From NCBI GenBank assembly GCA_943704415.1, contig CALSCO010000122.1, forward strand, positions 1 through 64,000: a stretch of 64,000 nt of DNA, written 5' to 3'. This document shows, piece by piece, positions 28,371-39,100 of this stretch (the stretch's first letter is position 1; the number at the start of each line of letters is the position of its first letter). The notes beneath the pieces are model-generated. The model was given only the letters and a program-made list of their open reading frames with translations, was not told the origin of the DNA and ran no database searches. The position numbers and the translations under genes are program-made. The DNA is from Parvularia atlantis (Eukaryota).

Positions 28371-29518
28371 TTACAAGCGCGACCGGTACACGATCATCGC
28401 GACCGTCCCGAGCGTGAGCGTGAACCTGGCGTCGCCCGCGTGCGTGAGCGCGTGCAGTCTGTCGCCGGGAGGCGCGCGCGCGCACCAGGTCAGGGCGTAC
28501 TGCAGGTGGTCGTTGCGCAGCGTGATGGTCGGCTCGCGCGCGAGCGGGAGCGCGTCGCGGCGCTGCAGCGTGCTCCCTGCGCGCGCGCGCACGCACATGT
28601 GCGCTCAGCGACGCCTCGCCACATGGCGCCGTGCACAACGCACGCTGCGTCGGCGGCGCGGTCGCGTCCACGACGATCGGCAGCGTGCCGGCCGCGACGG
28701 CCATCTGGTTCGCGTCGATAAAGAACCACTTGTTCTTGTGTGGCTCGTTGTCCGGCACGAACGAGCTCGGCTGTGACGCACGCGACAGTGAGCGCGCTCG
28801 CGCGACGCGTGCACCGGGTGCGCACCTTGCCGTTGAAGATGCGCCGCAGCCCGACGACCGTCACCGGCCCCGCAACCAGCGTCTCCGGCCGGGTGTCGGG
28901 GTGTGCCTTGGCAGTCGGCACGAAGCCGCGGTTCACGAGCACCTCCTCCCTGGCGCCCGCGTCAGTCGACTCGCGCGTGCAGTCGAGATGGCCGCACCCG
29001 GACGGCAGGACGAGCGGCGTGACGATCTCGATACCGTTGACGCCGTCGCGCACGCGCGGGCCGACGTAGAGCTCTCTGCTGTGGTCGTACATGCCTGTGA
29101 CGCGCACGCGGCGCGTGGCGAAGACGGACGAGGCTGAGCTGCGTCTCCCGCTCAGCCAGGCTGACCGCGAGCACGCGCCGCATCGCACGCACGCGGCCTC
29201 GGAGGGCGCCGGCGCGGTTGCATCCAGCTCGACCGGCTCCTGCGCGAGCGTCGACTCGATGCGGCGGATGAGGTCCTCCTTCCACTGCAGGCGGTAGAGC
29301 TGCATGCAGCGCACGCAAGCTCAGTCGTGCGCGGTGCGGTCCGACGCGCGCACCTGCCAAACGCCGAGGCCGAACGTCGTGGCCGGCACGGTCATGAGCC
29401 ACCACAGCGAGTGCGGCTGCTGCTGTTGCTGCGACGGCCGTGCGGCCTGCGCGTGCAGGGGCCGCGCGCCACCGCGAACGGCCACGCGCAAGGTGACGCG
29501 CACGCTCCGTGTCAGCAT
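28371..29518 (-). CDS. SURF1: SURF1/Shy1 cytochrome c oxidase assembly protein
   Basis: Mitochondrial-type presequence, TFGLGVWQ|LYRLQWKEDLI, VLVNRGFVP, LRNDHLQYALTW|FTL...; stop TAA at 28373-28371. Confidence 0.93.
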
Positions 29519-29544
29519 GGATTTGCAAACAGTGCGCATCCAGC

Positions 29545-31037
29545 ATGGCGGACGGCGTCTGCGCCGCGAGCGCGTCCGCGGCCGGCGCCGGGCCGGGCGG
29601 GGCGGACGGCGACGAGGCGGACGACGACGGGGACGGGCGCGGGACGCTGGCGCAGCACCGCGGTGCGTGTGGCGCGCCGGCGCGACCGCCGTGGCGCTCA
29701 CTGACGGGCCATGTGGCGCGCAGGGACCAAGCGCCTAACGCTCCAGCTGCCGCAGCAGCCCGCTGTGGCCGCGCCCAATGGCACTGAGGCGACGGCAGCG
29801 GCAACGGCAACGACGCCGCGGCTGCGCCCGCGCCGGCCGCACGGGCACGACAGCGACGGCGACAGCGACGCGTCCGGCTCGGCCGGGTCGGCCACGGGGC
29901 CGCAGCGCGCGTCCTGGCGCGCCCGACAGCGCTCGCACCTGGGCGGCGCAGGTGGCGGCGCACGGGCGCACCGGCCGCACGCGCACGACTCGGGCTCGGA
30001 GGACTTCGAGTCGTGGAGCGACGCGGGATCGGCCGGCTCGGCGCTGTCCGGGCCGCCACCGTCGGCCTGGGACCCGCTCACAGACGAGCAGCTGGCGCAG
30101 CGTGCGTCGCGGACGCGTGCGCTGTGCGGGCGGGGTGTCTCACGCGACGCGCAGCGCCAACTCTGGGCGAAAACGACTTTATCATGGTCGACGGCTCCGA
30201 GCGCGCCCTGCGCCGCTGCGTCGAACGCGTCGTGCCCGCGCCCGCGCCGCCGCCGCGGTCGACCAGCGAGCTCGCGCGCGCGCTGCTCGCAGCGGTGCCC
30301 GTCGTCACGCCCACCTTCCGCCCCGCCGAGCGCGACGACAGCCACATCGAGGTGGACGTCGCGATCGACGCAGACGCAGACGCAGACGCAGAGCCAGAGG
30401 AGGACGACACCGGCGTCGTCGTCGCCGGCGACGACGACGCCGACGAGCTCACGGACGATGAGAGTATGGACAGGCGGCACCGCAAGTTCGAGATTGCCGA
30501 GAAGCGGCGGTAGTGGCACCCAGCCACGGCCGGGCACCCGCTAACGTTCGCGCGTCCGCAGGAAGAACCGCGACCGCGAGCTGCTCATGCACGAGGCCTA
30601 CATGCGCGAGCAGGCGCTCGAGCACGAGAAGCACATGGAGCTGAACGCGCGCATCAACGCGGCGCACCGCAAGAAGCAAGCAGGTCTGGCATGCGAACCC
30701 CCCTGTGCGCGTCGCGCTCACGCTGCCCGTGCCACGCGCAGAGTGGTCGCAGCAGATCCGCACGGGTCTGAAGCTGACGAGCGCGCGCATCGGCGCGCCC
30801 CCAAAGCCCCGTCCGCCAAGAGTGCGTGGATCACGCGCGGCGCCTCGCTTGCCGCTGCCGCTGACGCTGCCCGCGCGCATGTAGCCGCCGCGGCCACGCT
30901 CGACCAAGCCGCATACGGGCGGGGCAGGGAGAGGCCAATCCATCTTCGACTGGTTCGCGCGGGCTGCAGCGGCGATCCCGGGCCCGAGCGGGCCGCCCGT
31001 GGACTTTACGCTCGCGGGCACCCCGCTGGCAAAGTGA
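29545..31037 (+). CDS. Low-complexity protein with a PEHE-like domain (MSL1/KANSL1/Sas4-type histone acetyltransferase scaffold)
   Basis: VVTPTFR...acidic...ELTDDESMDRRHRKFEIAEKRR|KNRDRE fits the PEHE pattern; 3' exons are uncertain. Confidence 0.55.
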
Positions 31038-31120
31038 TGATGACTTGCGCTGCGTGCGTGCGTAGACAAAAAACAACAACAAACACGGTGGCTGGCTGGC
31101 GGAGCTGCGTGCTGGCGGAT

Positions 31121-34100
31121 CTAGGGCGGGCTGGTGGCCTGAGGCGACGTCGGCGCGAGGGCGTCGAAGAAAAGATGCAGCTTCTCCTTCTTGAAGTCGT
31201 CGCGCAGCGCGATGCAGGCCTGCGTCGCACGGGGTGAGCACGCACGGCCACTGAGCGCAATGGCGGACGCACCTGGATCAGCTCGCGGTCGAGGTTGCTG
31301 AGCGCGCCCTCGCTGATGAGCATCTTGAGGTTGTCCGGGCGCACGACAAAGACGTTGCCCAACTGGCGCAGCGTGTCGAAGCTGCGCCGCGTGCTGCGCG
31401 TCAGCCCACGGGCCACTGGCACACAGTCCGCCCTGTAACGCGCACAGCTGGTTGACCGACGGGATGTTGAACGCGCGCACACTGTACTGATACTCGGTCA
31501 GCTCCCTGGGTGCGCGCCACGCGCGTAAGTCCCACCAACACGCGCTGGCGCACACGTACCTCGCGAGCACGAGGCCGCCCGCGTTGTTCACGGTGAACTT
31601 GCGGATGTGGTCGACTAGCAGCCTGCGCGCCACCCCGTGAGCCCCCCTCGCGCGGCCCGCGGGCGCGACGCACTGGTAAAAGCGCGTGCCGAGCTCGGTC
31701 AGGAACGCCTCGAGGTTCCGCCCGTCCAGCGTACGCTTCGCGACCAGGTACACCTTGTGCAGGTACGCAGTGATCTCGAGGCAGACCTGCGGGACGGCCG
31801 CGCGTCGGCACACCGTACTGTCACGCGCACTGCTTCCGAGAGCCCGCACCGCGGTCGCCTGGTTGGACGCCGCCGCGCTGCTGCCCCCGCCGACGGCCTG
31901 CTGCAGCGGCAGGAAGACGTCCTTGGGCCGGAAGTCGGTCTTGCTCTGCTTGGCGAGGATCTTGCCGATGCGCTTGACAATCTCTGCGTGTTTGGCGCGC
32001 GTTTGACACGGGAGTGCACGACGCCGCGCGAGCACGCCCGCACCGTAGATCAGCAGCTCCACGATCGAGTTGATCTCGAGCTCGATCGTCGACAGCGCCT
32101 TGTTTTTGCACATCATCGCCTCGCGGAACGCGGCGCCGCCGGGCGGCAGTGTCGGGATCTGCGCCCCGGCCGTGCGCGTCAAGCAAACGACGCGGCGCAC
32201 GCCACCGCATGCCAAACGCACCGCGACCTCCTGGAAGTGCTTCTGCAGCAGATGCACGATCGCCACCATCGTCATGACCGCGTCGAGCGTCTCCAGCGGC
32301 GGCTCAAACTTGTCGCGCGCCGCCGCGAGCGTGTCGAGGGCGCTGCACGGCACGGCCAATGAGCGCAACTGTGCAACACAAGCGCGTACGCGCAGACGCA
32401 CATGTCGGCTGCGGCCTGGATGTAGTTGGTGCACATGGTCGTCATGAGGATCGTGAACAGCTGCAGCAGGTTGTCGGAGCTGCGCGCGAGCCCGGTTAGC
32501 GACGCGATGAGCGAGGCAGGCGGGACGCCGCACATCTCGCCGTGCGCGCTCAGCTGAACGCAGCGTCGGCTCGCGTCGGCGTGCGCGTGAAGCATCTCGA
32601 GGGCGACCTGGTTCACGCGTGCGCCGTGTGAGCACCGCGCTGCACGTGCCCATTGCGCTTGTTCGTGCCTCGATCGACAGCTCATCCGGCGCCTCTTGCG
32701 TCTGCAACAGCATGCGGCCTGCGGCATTGTCAGACTGTGCCGAGCCGCAGCGCGCAAGGACGCTCACCTGACCCCGCGGTCTGCGTTGGCGACGCTGACG
32801 TCGACGCGCCCCAGAAGGTCCCCCGCCCCTTGCTCGCGTTCGCCTTGCGTTCGGCCTGCGAGCGACGTCAGCGGTCGCGATCGCCACCGCCGCCCCAGCG
32901 ACCTGCCTTGGCCTGCTGGAACGGCGCCAGGAACGCGGCCAGCTCGGCCTGGAGGTGCGCGCTCTCATCCTTGACGTACGCGCCGCGCCCCACGTACGGC
33001 CCAAACGCCTCGTCGATCAGCTGCTTTATGTCCAGCAGACCTGAGCGCGCGAACCACTTGCTTAGGGCGGCTGGGCACGCGGGCACCGGGCGCGCACCGT
33101 CAAAGTTGTACTGCTGCAGGTTCTTGAAGAGCACTAGGGCCATCTGGAACACCTGGCACAGCGTCTCGAGGTACGGCGCTGGCGCCTCGTCCGGCTGCAG
33201 CAGGCTGCACGCGCGCGGTCTGCCGCCGCACTGGGAATGCGGTGCACGCGCACCTGTCCGGGATTGCGTGGAAGCCTGACACGGCGGCACTCGGCACCGG
33301 CGGCTTCTTCTCTGCGCGCGCGCATCGGCGTCAGTGCGCTGCTCACACGGTGCGGCACAGCGGCCACCTTGCGGTGACAGGGCGCTGTCGAGCCGCACTA
33401 GGCCCTTGCGCGTGCGGCCGAGCAGCGTGGCAACGTACGGCGGCACCTGCGCGCACGCAGGACCGCAATCAGTCGACAAGCGTCGCCAGCCGCGCCGCAC
33501 CAGCGCCGACACGGCCTTCTGCACGAGCAGCGCCATCACAAAGTCCGCGTTTGGGAACACCTTGCGGACCATGGACGAATCGCGCGCAAGGATCGCTGCG
33601 CGCACCGGTCGCGTGAGCGACGCGCAGCACACAGCCATGCGCTCGACGCACCTTGTATCTCGTCAAACAGCTCCTTCAGGCCCTGGACGTTGTGGCTGCG
33701 CACGTACGCCGCGCTGTCTTGCAGCCTGTGCCACCCGTGAGCAGTGTCTGCACAACCAATCGTGCATGCGTTCGCGCGCGCGTACTTGCGCCCGGTCGCG
33801 CCGCGCGCCTTGTGCATGAGCGGGTGCTTGTCGATGAACTGGTTCACGGCGATCGACCCGCGCCCGATGTCGTGCAGGGTCTGTGCCGTCTTCTGCTCGT
33901 GCGCGCGCAGCATCAGCACTGGTTTGTAGGCACGGCCGCGCCTTGCCTTCATCGTCCCGAGGTCGCCCGTCTTGTAGGCCTCGCTCAGCAGCTCGATCAG
34001 CTGGCGCTCGACGCGCCGGCAATAGTCCTCAATCGCGACCTTGGCCTGTGAGCGGCTCGCGTTCGAACGGCCCGCGCGCACGACCTGGCCACGGCGCACC

Positions 34101-36021
34101 GCGTTGGTCTGCGGTGCGTCCAGGTCGGACGTGATCGTCTGCAGACGCTGCGCGACCACAGCGGCCTGCAGCGCCTGTCAGTGAGCACCTCGGGCAAGCG
34201 AGCGTGCGATGGCGCGCCTCGTAGATCCGGCTCTCGTTCAGGAAGAACTCGGATGTCTCGACGCCCGCGTTGAACTCCATCACGTACTGCAGGAGCAGTC
34301 GCGCCTCCTCGGCCCGTGCGCGCTGCTTCTCCAACACGGCCAGCTGCTCGCCTGCTCGGTCGTCAGCACACATACGCGCGCACACGATAGCGGCCGCCCG
34401 CCCGCACCTGTTCGCACGATTTGTCCGCCTGCCTCACCGAAGGGCTCCTCGAGGCTTGCGAGCGTCTCGGAGATGTCCTGCACCCGCAGCGCCGTCAGAA
34501 CGCGCACGCTCAGCAGCGACGCAACGCACGTCGCACTGCTTGTAGAAGCCAGCCAGCCGCGCCTGGTACAGGTTGTTGGCCTGGTCAGCTGCCTGTGTCG
34601 CGTGTCAAAGGCGCGCGCCGGTTGGCGGGCGCTGCGTGGCACACGCCTGCTCAGCCGCGCGCAGCTGTCCGTCCAGCGCGGTGGACAGCTGCTTCAACTC
34701 GGCGTGGTGGTGCGCAAACGCCTCCAGGAACGGCTCAGCTGGAAAAGCGTGCGGTCCGCCCGGCTCGACCGTCAGCTCGCTGCGCTCCATCAGCGACAGC
34801 AGGTTCTGAGTGATGCGCTTGACGTAGTCCTCGTCCTCGAACGCCACCTGCGCACACACAGCTGCGCATCAGCGCACGCAGAGCCGACAGCACGCGCAAC
34901 ACGTGCCTCGAACGACTTCACGGCCGGGTCCTGCATCAGCTCCTGGAATGAGCGCAACGGCGCGGTCGGTGCTGCCGCCTGCTTGCGTGTGCTTGGCCGG
35001 TCTGCGGCAGGTGTGGTCTTGCTGGGTCGGTCTGCGGCTGGCTTGGCCGTGGTCGCTGGCTCCTCATCAAACGGGTTCTGCGCGGCTTCGCGCTTGCTGT
35101 CTGCGCGCGGGCGGTCTGCGGCTGGCTTGGCCGTGGTCGCTGGCTCCTCATCAAACGGGTTCTGCGCGGCTTCGCGCTTGCTGTTGGCCCGCAGCCGTAA
35201 GGCGTCGCGGTTACGTGCATCGTCGGCGGCGGCAGAGACGTTCTCGGCAGAGGCGCGAAGTGTGGAGCTGCGCGGCCGAGCGTCGAGTGATCGCGGCGCG
35301 TCTTGCACTGGCGTCTCTTTCTCGGCCTTGCCCTTGCGTCCTGGTCGCGCGGATGGCTCACCGTCTTCGCCGTCAGAGTCGAACGGGGTTGAACCAGCGG
35401 CCACGGGCGGTCGGGCGCGTGCTGCGGCGACCGCTGCTTGCTCAGCCTTGCGCGGTGCCTCGGGCAGCGGTCGCTTGCTCGGCTTGGGCTCGTCGTCGAA
35501 CGGATTGGGCGCAGGCTCGTCCACACGTCTTGCTGCCGCGGGCGACTTGGCCTTGCTGGCAATGTCGTCAGCGGGCGCTGCTGCTGCGGTCTTGCGCGGC
35601 GCCTCGTCGTCGAACGGGTTGGATGCGGGTTCATCCGTTCCTTTGACCTTGCCACCAACGTCGCCAGCTGCTGGTGTGGCCGTCCTGCGCGGTGCTTCGG
35701 GCAGCGGTCGCTTCGGCTTGGGCTCGTCGTCGAACGGTGTCGATGCCGCAGTGTCCGACACGGGCTGCCGCCGCGACGACGGACGCTGTCGCGGCTGGTC
35801 TTCATCAAACGGGTTGCCCGTCTTCGCCTGATCGACCTTGCGCGGCGCCTCGGGTAGCGGCCGCCTGGCCGGCTTGTTGTCGTTCGCCGCGCCCGCGTCC
35901 CGCCTTGCCGCCGTCCTGCTGCTCGACTTCGCATCGTCATCGTCGTCAAACGGGTTCGCTGCCTTGGCCGCCCGGCTCGCTGCACCACCGAACCGATGCT
36001 GCTCGCTCCCGCCACCCGCCC

Positions 36022-36053
<32 letters not shown>

Positions 36054-36109
36054 AACGGGTTGGCCGCGCGCGCCGGCCGCCCGCGCGTCGCAGGCGCCGC
36101 GTTCGCCAT
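31121..36109 (-). CDS. EXOC5: Exocyst component Sec10/EXOC5 with a long NPF-rich N-terminal extension
   Basis: KILAKQSKTDFRP, LDGRNLEAFLTELG, HIRKFTVNNAGG, FDTLRQLGNVFVVRPDNLK, IGEQLAVLEKQRARA-like segment. The first exon (34907-36109) carries the NPF repeats. Confidence 0.9.
35028..35184 (-). repeat. Perfect 73-nt duplication (period 84 nt) encoding SKREAAQNPFDEEPATTAKPAADR twice
   Basis: Copies at 35028-35100 and 35112-35184. Confidence 0.92.
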
Positions 36110-36169
36110 GATCACGTGGTATATGACAGCACGACTTTCGACACGGTTTGGCGCGCGCGCTCGCGCCGC

Positions 36170-39100
36170 ATGACGCGAGGCAGCGCCACCGGCGCGGCCT
36201 ACGCCAGCGCCGAGCCGCGTGCGCTGTCGTTATGGGACGCCTACGGCGACGCAGTGCTCGCCGCCCGGCTGCCGCCGCGCGCGCCGCCGCCGCCGCTGCC
36301 GTCCGCGCCGCGCGACCTGGCGCGCCTGCTTAACTCGGACGACGTGCTCGCGTCCGGCGAGGCCACGCCTGCGGCGCTGCCCGCCGTGTCGTCGGCCGGC
36401 ACGCCGACGCTGCCGTACGCCAGCAGCCCGACGGCCGCACCCGTCACAACGCCGGGGCCCGGACGCGGCGCGCTCGCCGACAAGACGCACGAGCTGCTGC
36501 TGCAGTCGACGCCGTCCGCCCCCTCCACCGCCGCTGCCGCCGCGCCCGTCACACCCGGCACCGTCATGCTCGGCCCGGGACCCGCCGCCCGCGCGCCCGC
36601 GCCCGCGCCCGCGCCCGCCACGCTGCCCTCAGCGCGCTCAACCGCAACGGAGGCGTCCATCCCGTGGTCGCCCTCGCTCGCGTCGCCCGAGATCGCACGC
36701 GCGCGCGACGGCCTCGCTCCCGTCTTTTCCGACACGATACCGCTGGCCGAGCAGCTGCGCATCGCCGAGCAGTGGCGGTACGGCCAGGACGGCGTCGGCG
36801 CCAAGTCGCCGGAGGAGGACGGCATGTGGGTGCCCGCGCGGCCACGGCCCGACCCGGCCACGACCGACCCGGGCGCGCGCACGCTCATGCTGCTGCTCGA
36901 GGCCTCGCCCGTGGTCGTGGGGGCACCGATCACCCGTGCCGATGACTTTCACGTGCGGCCGCGGCGGCTCTTCCACTACGACGACGGCGCCGCAGACGAC
37001 GCCGACATCGCCGATGTGTCAGTAGCCGCCGTCGACACCGCGGTTGTGCCCGCTATCGCCGTGGACTTGCCATCGCTGCCTGCTGCCGTCGACACGCCAG
37101 TGTCAGCACCAGCACCGAAACCGGCACCAGCACCGGCACCGGCACCGACAACGCCGGCACCAACAACGCCTGCACCGGCACCGGCGCAACGGGCGGCTCG
37201 CATGACCACACGCAAACAGGCCCGCGCGCGCGTCACCGCGTCCAGCCTCGCCAGTGCGCTCCTGGACTCGCAGCCGAGTGATCCGGTGGGGGCGTCGGAA
37301 GCCGTCGTGCCTTGCACGCCCGAGCCCGCGGCGACGACGACAGCTTCGCTGCTCGAGCTGTCGGCTGGGCCGCCTCAAGCTGACGCCGCGACGGCGACGC
37401 TGTCTGCCGTGCTGGCCGACCTGCACAGCGTCGCAACGCCCATGCCGACGTTCACGACGGGCGCGGGACGCAAGCTCGCGCCGCTGAGCACAGCCAGCCT
37501 CGAGAGCGCCGCAAAGCGCTTCGAGGAGCCGGACGAGTCGCCGGGAATGCCGACGTTCACGACGGGCGCGGGACGCAAGCTCGCGCCGCTGAGCGCAGCC
37601 AGCCTCGAGAGCGCCGCAAAGCGCTTCGAGGAGCCGGACGAAGCGGAGCCGCGACCCGCCGCCGAGACCGCCCCCTTCGCCGGCTTCCGCAGCGGCAACG
37701 GACGGTCACTCGACCCGGTGCGGCCGGAGAGCCTGCAGGCGGCGCGCGACAAGTTTGCCCTGCTCGACAGCGACAGCGGCGACGTGTCCCGGCTCACGGC
37801 GTTGTCGACCGGCAGTGCCTCTGCCGGCCCGCCTCTCAAGCGTGTGCGCGCCCCTGCTGGCGATGCAGACAGCTCGAGCGCCAAGCGCGTGTTCGCGTCA
37901 TCCCGCCCGTTCGACTCGCCGACCGCCTTCGACGCGCGCGATGCACGCGGCATGCCGGTGTCCTCCGCAACGCCCAGCACCAGCTTGAGCTTCCGGTCGC
38001 CCGCGATCGTGCGCGCGCCCCCGGCGGGCATGGGCGGCGCCAAGCGGCTCTTTGGCGACGAGCGGCCGACGACGCACAACGCCAGCGACGCTGACGCCGT
38101 AGCGGGTGACCTGGCCGCAGCGCGCAAGTCGGCACGCAGCGACGAGCCTGTCGCACCGCACCGCGCCTTTGCCCCGCTGTCGTCACCGATCCTGACACGC
38201 TCACCGCACCCGGGCACGCCGCGCTCTGGCATTGCAAACCGACGCCCGTTCAAGGCCCCGTCGCGCGTCGCACCGCCGGCTGCGGGTGCGGGCACCGCAT
38301 CGATGGCGACCAAGGCAGCTGCCGGCGCTGTCGTGAGCCGCACGCTGTTCGACATGGGCGGTGCGCTCCCGTCTCGTGCCGGCCCGTGCAGCCCAGCTGA
38401 CGCTTGCGCGACGCAGGCAGTACCGGTCCGCGCACCACCCTGGCCCAGGCCCGCGACCAGACGCTCGCGGAGCTGTCGACGCAGAACGGCTACCACACCG
38501 AGCACATGTGCGTTGCGCTAGCCAGCTGCGCCCGTGCGCCTGATCTCCCTCGCCCGCTGCAGCCCCGAGCATCTGCTGGCGATCACGGCGCAGAACGCGG
38601 CCGAGTACCGCTTCGAGCACGAGGGCGCGCCGTTCGGCCCGTCGGAGGCGCACACGGTCTTGCTGGACGCCGGCGCGATTCCGTCGCAGGTGTCGTTCGC
38701 GTGGGTGACCAACCATTTCCGCTGGATCGTCTGGAAGCTCGCGGCCGAGGAGCGCTGTGCGTCTGGGTGTACCAGCCAACGCGCCCTTACTCGACGTTGT
38801 GCGCAGCGTTCGCGCAGCTGGTCGGCCAGCGTCTGACGGCCGCTGAGGTCGTCAACCAGCTCAAGTACCGGTGCGGCCTAGTGGGCAGACCGCGCTGCAG
38901 CCATGCTCACGGCCGTGTATGCGCGTCAGGTACGAGCGCGAGATCAACCTGTGCCACCGGTCCGCGCTCAAGTTGATCGCCGAGAAGGACGGCGCCGCGG
39001 CCCGGCCGATGGTGCTCTGCGTCTGCGAGATTCGCGCTGGCGAGGGCGACGCCGCGACGCTCGTGCTCACCGATGGCTGGTACGCCATGCCGGCGCTGCT

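Noticed and set aside
34209..35831. 540-aa plus-strand ORF with SSSNG repeats
   Set aside because: Antisense mirror of the Sec10 NPFDD repeats.
35028..37641. Direct repeats as a possible CRISPR array or mobile-element ends
   Set aside because: Only two copies each, periods are multiples of 3, they lie in frame within Sec10 and BRCA2, and there are no spacers, cas genes or transposase.
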